DNA from: a virus
Virus genome (UHGV): UHGV-0201127
DNA length: 35,144 nt
Reading direction: 5' to 3' (one strand)
Positions 1 to 8,967 of this stretch are shown piece after piece; within the stretch, counting starts at the first letter, position 1, and the number at the start of each line of letters is the position of its first letter. The translations under genes were made by a program, and so were the position numbers. The notes beneath the pieces were generated by a model. It was given only the letters and a program-made list of their open reading frames with translations. It ran no database searches and had not been told where the DNA came from.

Positions 1-214
1 CGACAACTCGGCAGCGACTAACACGGGCTACCGCTCGGCAGCGACTAACACGGGCTACTACTCGGCAGCGACTAACACGGGCAACTACTCGGCAGCGACT
101 AACACGGGCTACTACTCGGCAGCGACTAACACGGGCGACAACTCGGCAGCGACTAACACGGGCTACTACTCGGCAGCGACTAACACGGGCTACTACTCGG
201 CAGCGACTAACACG
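1..214 (+). repeat. 27-bp coding tandem repeat, 8 units (right arm; 15 units total)
   Basis: Variable dipeptides DN, YR, YY, NY, YY, DN, YY, YY, then degenerate KN. Confidence 0.95.
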
Positions 215-424
215 GGCAAAAACTCCGTCGCCGTAGCGTGGGGCAGAGAGAGCAAAGCGAAAGCGGCGAAAGGTTCGTATATAGTCCTTGCCGAATACGG
301 CGAGTGGAACGGCGAAGAATACCCGATTCTTCACGCAAAGATGAAAAAAGTAGACGGCAAGAAAATAAAAGCCGATACTTTCTATCGGCTTAAAGACGGT
401 AAATTTGTAGAGGTGGTTGAATGA
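1..424 (+). CDS. 3' part of the DUF7666-like protein
   Basis: Codons from position 2 read (G)DNSAATNTGYRSAATNT...SVAVAWGRESKAKAAKGSYIVLAEY...VDGKKIKADTFYRLKDGKFVEVVE*. TGA 422-424 overlaps the next ATG. Confidence 0.85.
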   Translation, partial: DNSAATNTGYRSAATNTGYYSAATNTGNYSAATNTGYYSAATNTGDNSAATNTGYYSAATNTGYYSAATNTGKNSVAVAWGRESKAKAAKGSYIVLAEYGEWNGEEYPILHAKMKKVDGKKIKADTFYRLKDGKFVEVVE

Positions 425-645
425 CTTTTCAAGAACGAGAAGAAATCTTCGCCAAAGATTACTTAACGGCGGACGACATAGTAAAACTCCTCGGAGTATG
501 CCAAAACCGAGCCTATATCATTATACGCAACATAAAGCGGAAGACGGACAGGCTCGGCATACAGGGCAAAATACACGTTCAGGACTATATAGACTACTAC
601 GGCGTAGACGCTACGAGATACACGGGAGAGCAGGCGATAGTTTGA
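421..645 (+). CDS. small HTH DNA-binding protein, excisionase-like
   Basis: 74 aa, KDYLTADDIVKLLGVCQNRAYIIIR helix-turn-helix; early operon; ATGA coupling. Confidence 0.65.
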   Translation: MTFQEREEIFAKDYLTADDIVKLLGVCQNRAYIIIRNIKRKTDRLGIQGKIHVQDYIDYYGVDATRYTGEQAIV

Positions 646-676
646 GAGCCTTGTTATTTTGTAAAAACTCTCAATC
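640..676 (+). repeat. solitary type II CRISPR-repeat-like element, copy 1
   Basis: GTTTGAGAGCCTTGTTATTTTGTAAAAACTCTCAATC; near-identical to 11836-11871; terminal inverted repeat. Confidence 0.55.
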
Positions 677-695
677 AGTCAAAAGGAGAAAGTAA

Positions 696-1124
696 ATGAA
701 TTTACTTAAAGAGCGGCGCGAATTTTTGCAAATGAGCCTTGAAGAGGTCGCAGAACGCGCGGGACTTGTAAAATACCGCTACAAAGCCATAGAGAACGAA
801 AAGGAAACGCCGACCGTTTACGAAGCAATCAGAATCGCCTACGCATTAAACGGAGTGTTAAGCGATTTGTTCACGCCGATGACGAAAGAGGAACTTATCG
901 AAACGGCTTGCGAGTATCATCAGAGAGGTTACGACAAACCCGTAAAGGTTGATTATTTGGGCGTATCGCTCGGTTGCTCCGAGAACCTCAAAGATGAATT
1001 GCCTATATTTACGAGCGTTGTATTCCGAGTAATCACCGAAAACGTAATCAACACTACTTGGCACAACCTTGCTTGGTATTACTCTTATTTTCGTCTTTAC
1101 CAAAAAGAGAGGGCTACAAAATGA
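696..1124 (+). CDS. XRE-family HTH protein with unknown C-terminal domain
   Basis: LKERREFLQMSLEEVAERAGL..Y.AIENEKETPTV..AIRIA.AL; SD aaggag. Confidence 0.8.
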   Translation: MNLLKERREFLQMSLEEVAERAGLVKYRYKAIENEKETPTVYEAIRIAYALNGVLSDLFTPMTKEELIETACEYHQRGYDKPVKVDYLGVSLGCSENLKDELPIFTSVVFRVITENVINTTWHNLAWYYSYFRLYQKERATK

Positions 1125-1321
1125 ATTTACGAGATTTGAGAACGAGTGCGGGAAAGACGGTAAAAGAAACCGCCGCCGCTCTGAACGTAACAGTAAGGGC
1201 GGTATCGCGGTACGAACAAGGTACGCGGCAAATAAGCCTTGAACAAGTCCTTATTCTCGCCGAGTTGTACGACTGCTCCGAACGCGACGTTATAGACGCT
1301 GTTCTTAATAGTCGTCGGTAA
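1121..1321 (+). CDS. XRE-family HTH regulator (Cro-like), 66 aa
   Basis: Start ATG 1121 overlaps upstream TGA; LRDLR..AGKTVKETAAALNVTVRAVSRYEQGTR. Confidence 0.85.
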   Translation: MNLRDLRTSAGKTVKETAAALNVTVRAVSRYEQGTRQISLEQVLILAELYDCSERDVIDAVLNSRR

Positions 1322-1505
1322 GCCCGACGAGATAGTCGGCGGAAACGTCGTAAAGTTTACAAAAGCGAACGAGCATATCGATTGACGGCTCGCGAGTGCC
1401 GTCTTCATAGCGGTTAATGCTTCGAATGGTAACGTTGAGAGCGGCTGCAACGTCTTTGAGTTTAAGACCGTTTTCAACGCGTAACTGTTTTAAGCGTTCT
1501 CCCAT
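1305..1505 (-). CDS. XRE-family repressor, 66 aa
   Basis: MGERLKQLRVENGLKLKDVAAALNVTIRSINRYEDGTREPS..YDVSADYLVG; divergent from the promoter at 1563. Confidence 0.88.
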   Translation of the reverse strand: MGERLKQLRVENGLKLKDVAAALNVTIRSINRYEDGTREPSIDMLVRFCKLYDVSADYLVGLTDDY

Positions 1506-1539
1506 AAAAGACCCCCAAAAAGATAGGATAAAAAAATTA

Positions 1540-1613
1540 TAGACCAAAATGGTCAAAAATGCTTGACATTAGACCAAAATGGTCGTATAGTATAGGTAGA
1601 CCAAAACGGTCTA
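1540..1613 (+). promoter_or_regulatory. sigma-A promoter with three palindromic operators TAGACC-N5-GGTC(TA)
   Basis: TTGACA 1563-1568, 17 bp, TATAGT 1586-1591; operators at 1540, 1570 (in the spacer) and 1597-1613 (perfect TAGACCAAAACGGTCTA). Confidence 0.85.
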
Positions 1614-1639
1614 TATCAAAAACGGGGTTGCGAGAACCG

Positions 1640-1735
1640 ATGACAGAGTTAATAAGGCGGGTGCTTGCGGCGGTCAATTCCGCCGCCGAACTCGACGAAT
1701 TTATAAAATTTATAGCCGAAAGGCGGGAGGGTTAA
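1640..1735 (+). CDS. 31-aa micropeptide, similar to 32804-32914
   Basis: MTELIRRVLAAVNSAAELDEFIKFIAERREG; first ORF after promoter; ggggtt SD-like. Confidence 0.6.
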   Translation: MTELIRRVLAAVNSAAELDEFIKFIAERREG

Positions 1736-1739
1736 AAAA

Positions 1740-1916
1740 ATGGGAATGAAAATCATTCACAGGAACAAAGACGGAAAGATAGTCGACGAAGTGCTTAACG
1801 TGAATTACGTAGAGATAAGCGCGGTTGACGAAGAAATCACGGTATATCTTGCGCCGCAGGGTACGGGATATAAAACGTATCGTCTTGACGACGTAGTACA
1901 GATACAAGCGATATAA
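1740..1916 (+). CDS. hypothetical protein, 58 aa
   Basis: SD ggagg; MGMKIIHRNKDGKIVDEVLNV...QIQAI; fills the operon gap. Confidence 0.7.
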   Translation: MGMKIIHRNKDGKIVDEVLNVNYVEISAVDEEITVYLAPQGTGYKTYRLDDVVQIQAI

Positions 1917-1933
1917 GGAGCAAGGGAAAGGGA

Positions 1934-2230
1934 ATGAAGACTATTTACGGCGGTTCGGCTACGCCAACGATAAAGCCGAGGGATAAAGACACGGCGCGGT
2001 CGCTTGTAGCAATCGGGCGCGCAATACAAAGAGAGATGAAGCGAGCGGGCAACAACGCGGACATTCACCACTTTTTAGGCAAAGAGGACGAGGTCAACAA
2101 CGATTTACAGCGGTTTCGCTTTTTGGGCGAGATAGCAGATAAATTGTTCGAGATAGCGGACGAGCAGGGTTACGATATGAATAACTTGCTCGGCATAAAG
2201 GAGTACGACGATGTTATATCTGTTTGCTAA
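1934..2230 (+). CDS. hypothetical protein
   Basis: ORF with SD, in operon. Confidence 0.75.
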   Translation: MKTIYGGSATPTIKPRDKDTARSLVAIGRAIQREMKRAGNNADIHHFLGKEDEVNNDLQRFRFLGEIADKLFEIADEQGYDMNNLLGIKEYDDVISVC

Positions 2231-2855
2231 TAACGGAAAGGCTTACGCAAAGGTATTCAAAGACAAAAAGGCGTATAACAACCTTGACACTCATACGGCG
2301 GTTAAGTACGGCTACATAAACATAAACCTTGACGATTACCGTAAGCACCTCGATATACTTCAGAAGAGTAAGGCTTTTACCGAGAGCGACTTCGGGAATT
2401 GGTTATTTAACTTCAACGACGACGTAGCGGCTTTCAGAGAGTTTTACGAAAAGACGGTTATCCCCGGGGACGTGCGAATAAAGGAAAGTTTTTATAAACA
2501 CGTCGACGGACTTATCGATTACGACAACTTATCCGTAAAGGACGACGGGGAATTAGAGTTCATACGCAAGATAGCGTTAAAATCTCTATCGGAAACGCAC
2601 ATAAACGCGGCAAGAGCGGAATATTACCGCCGAGCCGAAGAAAGACGCGCGAGAGAGAAAGAAGAGCGAATTAAGGCGTTTTTAGCGGCTAAACACTGCG
2701 ATAAGAACGATAACGCAAACGGGACTTATCTTCAATGTTGGCTCTGTCCGCAGAACGGCAAATGCGATTGTTACGAATACGAGAGCAAGAAGCGGAAAGA
2801 AGACGGAATCGCCTGCACTACGGGTTGGAAGATACCGAGATTTTTACTCGGTTAA
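2211..2855 (+). CDS. hypothetical protein with Cys-rich C-terminus
   Basis: 214 aa; C-terminal HC..CWLC..C.C..C; SD aaggag. Confidence 0.75.
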   Translation: MLYLFANNGKAYAKVFKDKKAYNNLDTHTAVKYGYININLDDYRKHLDILQKSKAFTESDFGNWLFNFNDDVAAFREFYEKTVIPGDVRIKESFYKHVDGLIDYDNLSVKDDGELEFIRKIALKSLSETHINAARAEYYRRAEERRAREKEERIKAFLAAKHCDKNDNANGTYLQCWLCPQNGKCDCYEYESKKRKEDGIACTTGWKIPRFLLG

Positions 2856-2867
2856 AGGGGGCAGACG

Positions 2868-3575
2868 ATGAGTAATTTAGACCTTTACAACAAAGTACGA
2901 AGCGTGCCGCAGGAAGCGCAGAAAGAGATAACGGCGGGGCGACTTCGGGGCAAGACGGATATCAACCCTATGTGGCGTATAAAAACGCTTACGGAGCAAT
3001 TCGGGGCGTGCGGCTTCGGTTGGTACACGGAACTCGTGCGTAAGGAGTTGACCGAGGGCGCGGACGGCGAAGTCGTAGCGACGGTAGAAATCAACCTTTA
3101 CGTCAAGGTCGGTAACGAGTGGAGCAAGCCTATATACGGTATCGGCGGGTCAATGTTCATATCGAACGAAAAGAGCGGTAAGTACAACGACGACGACGCG
3201 TATAAAAAGGCGTACACCGACGCAATAAGCGTAGCGTGTAAGGCGCTCGGAATCGGCGCGGACGTGTACTACGCGAAAGACGCTACCAAATACGACGAAG
3301 TAGGCAAGACCGAAAAGAAAGCAAAGACGGACAAGGGCGAAGCGGAAAAGAAACCTTTCCCCGGGGCGGACGAACAAGCGAAAGCCGAGCGGGATAAGAG
3401 AAAGGCAGAACGCACGAAAGAAATTTCAATGCTCATAACGAAGAGTTCGCCGAATATCGACGAAACGAAGAAGAACGTAAACGAGTTCGTCAAAACGCAC
3501 GGCTACGGCTTCGGAGATATGCCGCAAGCGTTATACGACGAATTAAAGGCAAAAATCGAACTCCATAAACTTTAA
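2868..3575 (+). CDS. Rad52/Sak-like single-strand annealing protein
   Basis: GKTDINPMWRIKTLTEQFGACGFGW...AYKKAYTDAISVACKALGIGADVY. Confidence 0.75.
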   Translation: MSNLDLYNKVRSVPQEAQKEITAGRLRGKTDINPMWRIKTLTEQFGACGFGWYTELVRKELTEGADGEVVATVEINLYVKVGNEWSKPIYGIGGSMFISNEKSGKYNDDDAYKKAYTDAISVACKALGIGADVYYAKDATKYDEVGKTEKKAKTDKGEAEKKPFPGADEQAKAERDKRKAERTKEISMLITKSSPNIDETKKNVNEFVKTHGYGFGDMPQALYDELKAKIELHKL

Positions 3576-3589
3576 CGGGAGATTAGGCA

Positions 3590-4024
3590 ATGTTGACTGC
3601 AAAGCAAATGCTCAATAAAGACTACGACGAAGCGACGCGCCAAAGGCTTATAAAAGCGGCGAGATTGCTTCAGACGGGAACTCCGCACAAAGGCATTCAG
3701 AAAGAGGAAATAGCCGAAGCGATAGGCTTATCGGGCGAGAGAGAAGCGCGGGCGTACGTATCCGCGCTCAAAAAGAAACTCCCCGTAATATCGCACAACG
3801 GTTATAAGGGCTTTCGGATAGCGAGAACGAAAGCGGACGTACAGGACAACGAAAGGACTTTTTTAGAAGTGCTTTCAAGGGTTGAGGAAATGCTTTACGG
3901 GATATTGCCTAATCTTGCGTTCGAGCAAAAAAACGGAGTGTCTTACGCTCCGCTCGAAAAGTCAATAAACGCCTTTCTACGGGCGTTGGATGAGCCTAAA
4001 AAGGCTCAATTAACAATCAATTAA
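3590..4024 (+). CDS. winged-HTH hypothetical protein
   Basis: IQKEEIAEAIGLSGEREARAYVSALKKKLPVIS..KGFRIA. Confidence 0.65.
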   Translation: MLTAKQMLNKDYDEATRQRLIKAARLLQTGTPHKGIQKEEIAEAIGLSGEREARAYVSALKKKLPVISHNGYKGFRIARTKADVQDNERTFLEVLSRVEEMLYGILPNLAFEQKNGVSYAPLEKSINAFLRALDEPKKAQLTIN

Positions 4025-4038
4025 AAAGGAGTATCAAA

Positions 4039-4245
4039 ATGGAAACGGCAAAAGAAAGAGTGCAAAAAGAGTTGGACGACCTCAACGGCAAGATAGTAAA
4101 TCTTACTATGTTTATGACGTCGCCCACACACGCAAAGATGAACGAAGCGGAAAAATACTTGCTTCTGAAACAACTCGACGCAATGGTCGATTACGCTCGC
4201 GTGTTACAGGCAAGACTTGCTATATGGAGGGAAATTGACGAATGA
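4039..4245 (+). CDS. small helical phage protein (crAss001_48-like)
   Basis: ERVQKELDDL..KI..L..F...LLLKQLDAM..Y..VL..R pattern. Confidence 0.65.
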   Translation: METAKERVQKELDDLNGKIVNLTMFMTSPTHAKMNEAEKYLLLKQLDAMVDYARVLQARLAIWREIDE

Positions 4246-4640
4246 ATAAAATAATACTCATCGGCAATCTGACGAAAGACCCCGAATTATCCGAAACGTC
4301 TTCGGGCGTTAAATTCTGTAAGTTCGGTATAGCGGTCAATCGACCGTTTGCGAACTCGGACGGAGAGCGCGAAGTAGACTTCTTCAATATAACGACTTGG
4401 AGAGGACAGGCGGAAACCTGCGCGAAGTACATTATAAAGGGTAAAAAGGTCTGTATCGTCGGCAGTTTGCAAAATCGCGAGTATACCGACAATAACGGCG
4501 TTAAACGCACCGCAACGGACGTAATCGCGAGCGAAATAGAGTTTTTGAGCGCACGGTCGGAAGACGGCGAAAGACCCGCTAAAAAGGCGGGAGAACGTCC
4601 GCAGTTAGAAGAATACGACGACGAAGAATTGCCGTTCTGA
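4242..4640 (+). CDS. ssb: single-stranded DNA-binding protein
   Basis: MNKIILIGNLTKDPE OB fold; acidic C-terminus DDEELPF. Confidence 0.96.
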   Translation: MNKIILIGNLTKDPELSETSSGVKFCKFGIAVNRPFANSDGEREVDFFNITTWRGQAETCAKYIIKGKKVCIVGSLQNREYTDNNGVKRTATDVIASEIEFLSARSEDGERPAKKAGERPQLEEYDDEELPF

Positions 4641-4642
4641 TC

Positions 4643-5056
4643 ATGGCTAAATGCGAGCAGTGCGGCGCGTACATATCTCACGGTAATTTTTGCCTTAAAT
4701 GTTACAAGTTATCTGCCGCGAAAGGCGGCAAGTACGGTAACGAAAGGATAACGACGCGGGACGGAACTTTTGACAGTAAATTAGAGTTGCGGCGTTGGTT
4801 CGCTCTCGGGCTTATGCAACATAACGGAGAGATAACGAACTTACGACGACAAGTCAGATACAACCTTGTAGACAAGTCGGACTACGGAAAAGCAATTGCT
4901 TACGTCGCAGATTTCGTCTATGAACAAGACGGTAAAACGGTCGTAGAAGACACGAAATCGTCGGCAACGAAAACCCCGCTGTATCGGTTAAAAAAACGGC
5001 TTATGGCTGAAAGGTACGGCATTAAGATTAAAGAAATAACCGACAAGGACATTTGA
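4643..5056 (+). CDS. DUF1064-like PD-(D/E)xK endonuclease with N-terminal Zn ribbon
   Basis: KYGN..T.DG.FDSKLE...YVADFVY...VVEDTKS. Confidence 0.85.
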   Translation: MAKCEQCGAYISHGNFCLKCYKLSAAKGGKYGNERITTRDGTFDSKLELRRWFALGLMQHNGEITNLRRQVRYNLVDKSDYGKAIAYVADFVYEQDGKTVVEDTKSSATKTPLYRLKKRLMAERYGIKIKEITDKDI

Positions 5057-5060
5057 TTAT

Positions 5061-5948
5061 ATGAGAAGAAGCAACAAAGGCTTTGCTTTCTTCAACCTTG
5101 ATACGAGTTTTTTCGCAGATAACAAAATAAAGTCCCTAAGACGGCATTACGGACCGGTTGGGCTTTCCGCGTATATATACTTACTTTCGTTCATATTCGG
5201 ACACGAAGAAGGGTATTATATGAAGTTTTCAAGCATTGAAGCCTTGAGTTGGGATATCGCAGAGGCGATATCACGTGAAAGACCCGGAAAAGTTGCGCGT
5301 TGTGTGGCTGAGTGTATCAACTATTTAACCTCTATTGACCTCATAGATAAGGCTTGTTTTGAACGAGGGATTATCACCAGTTTTTCCATACAAGGACTTT
5401 ACATAGCAATGTGCAAAGCGTGCAGACGCCCTATAAAACTTACCAAGTACCGCCTGATAGATGACGAGGACTATTTAGTTATGCGAAAAAACGACCATTT
5501 TGAGGAAGAAAACGGCAAAAATACACAATTTTCCGAAGATTTGCGGAAAGTTTCCGAAGAAAGAAGAAAAGAAAAGGCAGACAAAAGAAAAGTAGAAACT
5601 TCAATCTCTCTTATGAGTAATAAAAAATCTGAAGATAATTACGGAGTTTCTTTTGCCCCCTATACCCCTAAACCCCCTTTCCCCCCAAACACCGAAGAAT
5701 ACGGCTTAAAGGCTTTTTTAGAAGAGCATAAGCATATTCAGGTAGACGGGATAAACGGAATGATAGGGAGTATGGACTTTGGAAAAGTCAAGGAAGCGAT
5801 TGCAGACAGCAACTATTTACAGCAAGTAACGTCTTTGCAATGGATATGCAGGAACTACAACAAGATTGTGAGCGGTTACTACAAAAACCTATTGCGGGCA
5901 AAGAAAGCGGTAGAGCAAGATTGGCTTAAAGCCTTACAGGAGATATGA
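5061..5948 (+). CDS. replication initiator (DUF4373/Lin1244-like N-terminus)
   Basis: GFAFFNLDTSFFADNKIKSLRRHYGPVG..Y..LL..I...EGYY...ITS.SIQ; low-complexity linker. Confidence 0.8.
   Translation: MRRSNKGFAFFNLDTSFFADNKIKSLRRHYGPVGLSAYIYLLSFIFGHEEGYYMKFSSIEALSWDIAEAISRERPGKVARCVAECINYLTSIDLIDKACFERGIITSFSIQGLYIAMCKACRRPIKLTKYRLIDDEDYLVMRKNDHFEEENGKNTQFSEDLRKVSEERRKEKADKRKVETSISLMSNKKSEDNYGVSFAPYTPKPPFPPNTEEYGLKAFLEEHKHIQVDGINGMIGSMDFGKVKEAIADSNYLQQVTSLQWICRNYNKIVSGYYKNLLRAKKAVEQDWLKALQEI
5500..5600. other. putative intragenic replication origin
   Basis: TTTCCGAAGA direct repeats (~5530, ~5552) followed by a purine tract in the initiator linker, the usual ori position. Confidence 0.45.
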
Positions 5949-6379
5949 TGAACGACGTAGCGGTTATGTGCAACGCGGTCGCGCTACCGGGAACGGAAAG
6001 CCGACAACGGGCGAAAACGATTTACGCAATGTGCAGGGCGGTAACTCCGCAATTCTACAAGCACACGAAAGACGAGATAAAGCAGTCGGTAGACAGCATA
6101 CAGATACTGACCGAGGGCATTAACCCGATATTACTCGCCAAAATGTGCGATATAGCGATTAAAGCGTACCCGAAGACGCGTTCGGCAAAGAGTAATCAAT
6201 ATTTCGACGTAAACTACATTCTGACCTTTTACGAGCAAGCGAGAGCGGACATACGTCCGAACGACTTCAACGTCTTGCTCGGCAGGCGTAACGGCGTAGA
6301 TTTATGGGGCAAGATAGAGTTCTTCGATTACGAGAACGGTTACCCCGACGACGCGCCGATATGGGAAGATTTAAGTTAA
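5945..6379 (+). CDS. hypothetical protein (helicase-loader position)
   Basis: Coupled to the initiator; no clear motif. Confidence 0.7.
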   Translation: MMNDVAVMCNAVALPGTESRQRAKTIYAMCRAVTPQFYKHTKDEIKQSVDSIQILTEGINPILLAKMCDIAIKAYPKTRSAKSNQYFDVNYILTFYEQARADIRPNDFNVLLGRRNGVDLWGKIEFFDYENGYPDDAPIWEDLS

Positions 6380-6391
6380 AGGAGAGCGACA

Positions 6392-6577
6392 ATGAAAATC
6401 AAAATAGGCAAAAGAACGATATACAACGGTACGGACGGAAGCGAGGCGGTCGTAAGCGACGGCGTTATCTTCGTCAAGGACGCGCAAGGGAACGGCGAGC
6501 CGTATTTCAATCTCGACAACGCCCACGGGCGCAAAGCGTTGGAGTTATGGAAAAAACTCAAAGGAGAGCGCGTATGA
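6392..6577 (+). CDS. hypothetical protein
   Basis: SD aaggag; 61 aa. Confidence 0.75.
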   Translation: MKIKIGKRTIYNGTDGSEAVVSDGVIFVKDAQGNGEPYFNLDNAHGRKALELWKKLKGERV

Positions 6578-6759
6578 GCAGGGCAAAAGCGAACGAATTG
6601 TTACAGTCGCTCGTCGGTAAGGTCAACGACCTTTGGGGCGGTAAAAGGCAAAATATAAACGCTGACGAGGCGTACGAACTTTGTCGGCAGATAGTAAAAG
6701 AAGCGGACGAGGAGAGCGAACGTGAAAGCGAACGAATTAGCGATAAAACAGCGGTATGA
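6574..6759 (+). CDS. hypothetical protein
   Basis: ATG 6574 with SD aaggag and ATGA overlap; 3' part of track ORF 6304. Confidence 0.65.
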   Translation: MSRAKANELLQSLVGKVNDLWGGKRQNINADEAYELCRQIVKEADEESERESERISDKTAV

Positions 6760-7174
6760 CCGTTACGGCAAACTCGCGAGAATTTACGAATCGCTTGCGA
6801 AACTTATAGGCGAAATGAGGGCGGCGGGCGGTATGACCGCAATCGACTACGAAGCCATAAGAGCCGACGGCGGCATAAAGGTTTCGATAGAAGAGCGCGT
6901 ACTCACGCAGATAGAAAAGTTCGAATCGTTAAAGGAAGACACTCTCGAAGAATTTTTCGAGATAGGGTGCGAGATAGCCGACGGGTTGAAAGTTCTGACC
7001 GACGACGAGCAACTCGTAATTATTTACAGGCACTTACTCGGCACGCCGTGGAAAGAGTTACCCGACAAAATACATTGCAGCGAGCGCAAAGCCTCTACGT
7101 TATACGCGGAAGCGATAGCAAAGATAAGCGCCGCGAAAGGGAAAGCCGATGATAAAACTTCTGATAGGCGGTAG
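6722..7174 (+). CDS. late transcription activator (ArpU/RinA/DUF1492-like, C-terminal sigma-4-type HTH)
   Basis: LTDDEQLVIIYRHLLGTPWKELPDKIHCSERKASTLYAEAI. Confidence 0.7.
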   Translation: MKANELAIKQRYDRYGKLARIYESLAKLIGEMRAAGGMTAIDYEAIRADGGIKVSIEERVLTQIEKFESLKEDTLEEFFEIGCEIADGLKVLTDDEQLVIIYRHLLGTPWKELPDKIHCSERKASTLYAEAIAKISAAKGKADDKTSDRR

Positions 7175-8480
7175 TCCTTGCACGTATTGGAGTATCGCGC
7201 AAAAAAACAACCGGGAAAAGACGGCAAGCGGTATCGGGTGGGAGTTATTCAAAAACTATCTGATAGCCAAAGAAAAATTCAAACCCGATTTTTTCCTTTA
7301 CGAAAACAATAAATCTGCCGCACAACCCATTAAAGACCAAATCAAGAAAGAATTAAACGTTTACGACGGCACTTTCTTTATGGAAGACAGCGGGTCAAGA
7401 TATATCGAAATCAATTCCGCGTTAGTATCGGCGCAAAATCGTCAAAGATTTTACGTTCATAATTGCGGCGACGTCGGTCAACCCGAAGATCGCGGCATTA
7501 TGCTTTCGGATATTTTGGAAAGCGGCGTTACCGATAAAGACAAAGCATATTGTTTGAAACATCAAGCGGGAAACGCACGCGATTACTTCAAAAAACACCA
7601 CACGCAAGTTGTTTACGAGCCTGTTATAATTCAGAACGCACACGGGTTTAACAAAGGCGGCGTAAAACAAGGAAAAACGCCGACGCTTACCGCAAACGGA
7701 AAATGGATTTATAACAATCCCGTTGCGATACCTTGCGGAACGGGAAAAACGGACAAGGCGCGAACTCTTACGGCGGGGTATCAAACGTCGTCGCACCGTG
7801 ATTTTGAGGCGGACATAACGTCGGGCGGTCAACTCGGACATACGGGCGTAATTGAGCGGGTTTTTCCGCTAAACAACACAAAGGACGGAAAGGCGCAAAC
7901 AATAAAAGCGCAATACAAGTTTACAAGCGTGCAAAATATTTGTTGCTATAACTCAACATACGGCGCGTCGGGCGTGGCAATTCCCGCAACGGAACAAGAC
8001 AAAGAGAAAAGAAAAAACGCGAAAAATGCAATCGAAAAGGTGTACGAGGTCAAAAACGGATACATTACGATTAAAGAAAAGCAATACTCGGTCAATCTGC
8101 CCGACGGCTTTTACATAATCCGAAAATTGACAGTCGCCGAATGTTGCCGCTTGCAAACATTGCCCGACGATTATTGCCGTGCGGTGTCAGATAGTCAAGC
8201 ATATAAAGGACTTGGTAACGGGTGGACGGCGGAAGTGATTATTCACATATTGCGGCGCGCGCTCGATTTTATCCCGAAAAACGAAAAGATACTTGTTTTA
8301 TCTATGTTTGACGGAATAGGAACGGGGCGGTATTGTCTCGATAGGCTCGGGTTTACTAACGTCGAATATCACGCTTACGAAATAGATAAGTACGCGATGA
8401 CTATTGCGAGAAGTAATTACCCCGACATTATATATCACGGTGATGCATTTCAAGTGCGCGCCGATAATTGGAAAATCTAA
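7149..8480 (+). CDS. C5-cytosine DNA methyltransferase, circularly permuted
   Basis: Motifs IV GGSPC, VI YENN, VIII QNRQR, IX RKLTVAECCRLQ, X YKGLGNGW, then I LSMFDGIG, II YEIDKYA, III GD. Confidence 0.92.
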   Translation: MIKLLIGGSPCTYWSIAQKNNREKTASGIGWELFKNYLIAKEKFKPDFFLYENNKSAAQPIKDQIKKELNVYDGTFFMEDSGSRYIEINSALVSAQNRQRFYVHNCGDVGQPEDRGIMLSDILESGVTDKDKAYCLKHQAGNARDYFKKHHTQVVYEPVIIQNAHGFNKGGVKQGKTPTLTANGKWIYNNPVAIPCGTGKTDKARTLTAGYQTSSHRDFEADITSGGQLGHTGVIERVFPLNNTKDGKAQTIKAQYKFTSVQNICCYNSTYGASGVAIPATEQDKEKRKNAKNAIEKVYEVKNGYITIKEKQYSVNLPDGFYIIRKLTVAECCRLQTLPDDYCRAVSDSQAYKGLGNGWTAEVIIHILRRALDFIPKNEKILVLSMFDGIGTGRYCLDRLGFTNVEYHAYEIDKYAMTIARSNYPDIIYHGDAFQVRADNWKI

Positions 8481-8493
8481 AAGGAGAACAAAA

Positions 8494-8967
8494 ATGAAAG
8501 TAGCAAATATCTTAATAGCGGCACTCATTATAGTCGCGTATTTGGTTCTAACGGCGTTTTACATTATCCAAAGCCATAGAATAGAGGAAATAAAGGATAA
8601 TTACGAAAAATTGCGTATAGATACGAGGCAACAATTTGACTACAAAGAAAAGGATATAAAAACCGCAAAAGAGTTTATATTCGACTTGAATAGGCGTATG
8701 GAAGCCCGCGGCTATATTTTAGACAGTATGCGCGACGATATCTATACCTTAAAAGAAAAAATGAACAAGATTATTCCCGACGACGGCAAGGAGCGAACGA
8801 GAGAAGAAATCGAGAAAATTAAAACGATTGCAAAAGTAGTATCGCAAACGAAATTACCTTGCGATAAGCGGAAAAATGCAAGCCTGCGAGAAGACGAAGC
8901 GGAACTTATCGCTGAAAAGATTTATGACACTTTAGCACCGTCGGTTTTAGAGAAACCAAAGAGGTGA
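8494..8967 (+). CDS. membrane-anchored coiled-coil protein
   Basis: SD aaggag; N-terminal hydrophobic helix. Confidence 0.75.
   Translation: MKVANILIAALIIVAYLVLTAFYIIQSHRIEEIKDNYEKLRIDTRQQFDYKEKDIKTAKEFIFDLNRRMEARGYILDSMRDDIYTLKEKMNKIIPDDGKERTREEIEKIKTIAKVVSQTKLPCDKRKNASLREDEAELIAEKIYDTLAPSVLEKPKR

Noticed and set aside
1..214. CRISPR array in the terminal repeats
   Set aside because: Variable part is only 6 bp, period is 27 bp, and the whole tract is in frame within a protein gene.
1644..1660. tracrRNA nexus-like AGAGTTAATAAGGC
   Set aside because: No anti-repeat upstream; better explained as the start of the 31-aa ORF.
6304..6573. 5' extension of the 151-aa track ORF
   Set aside because: Overlaps two real genes; the SD supports a start at 6574.
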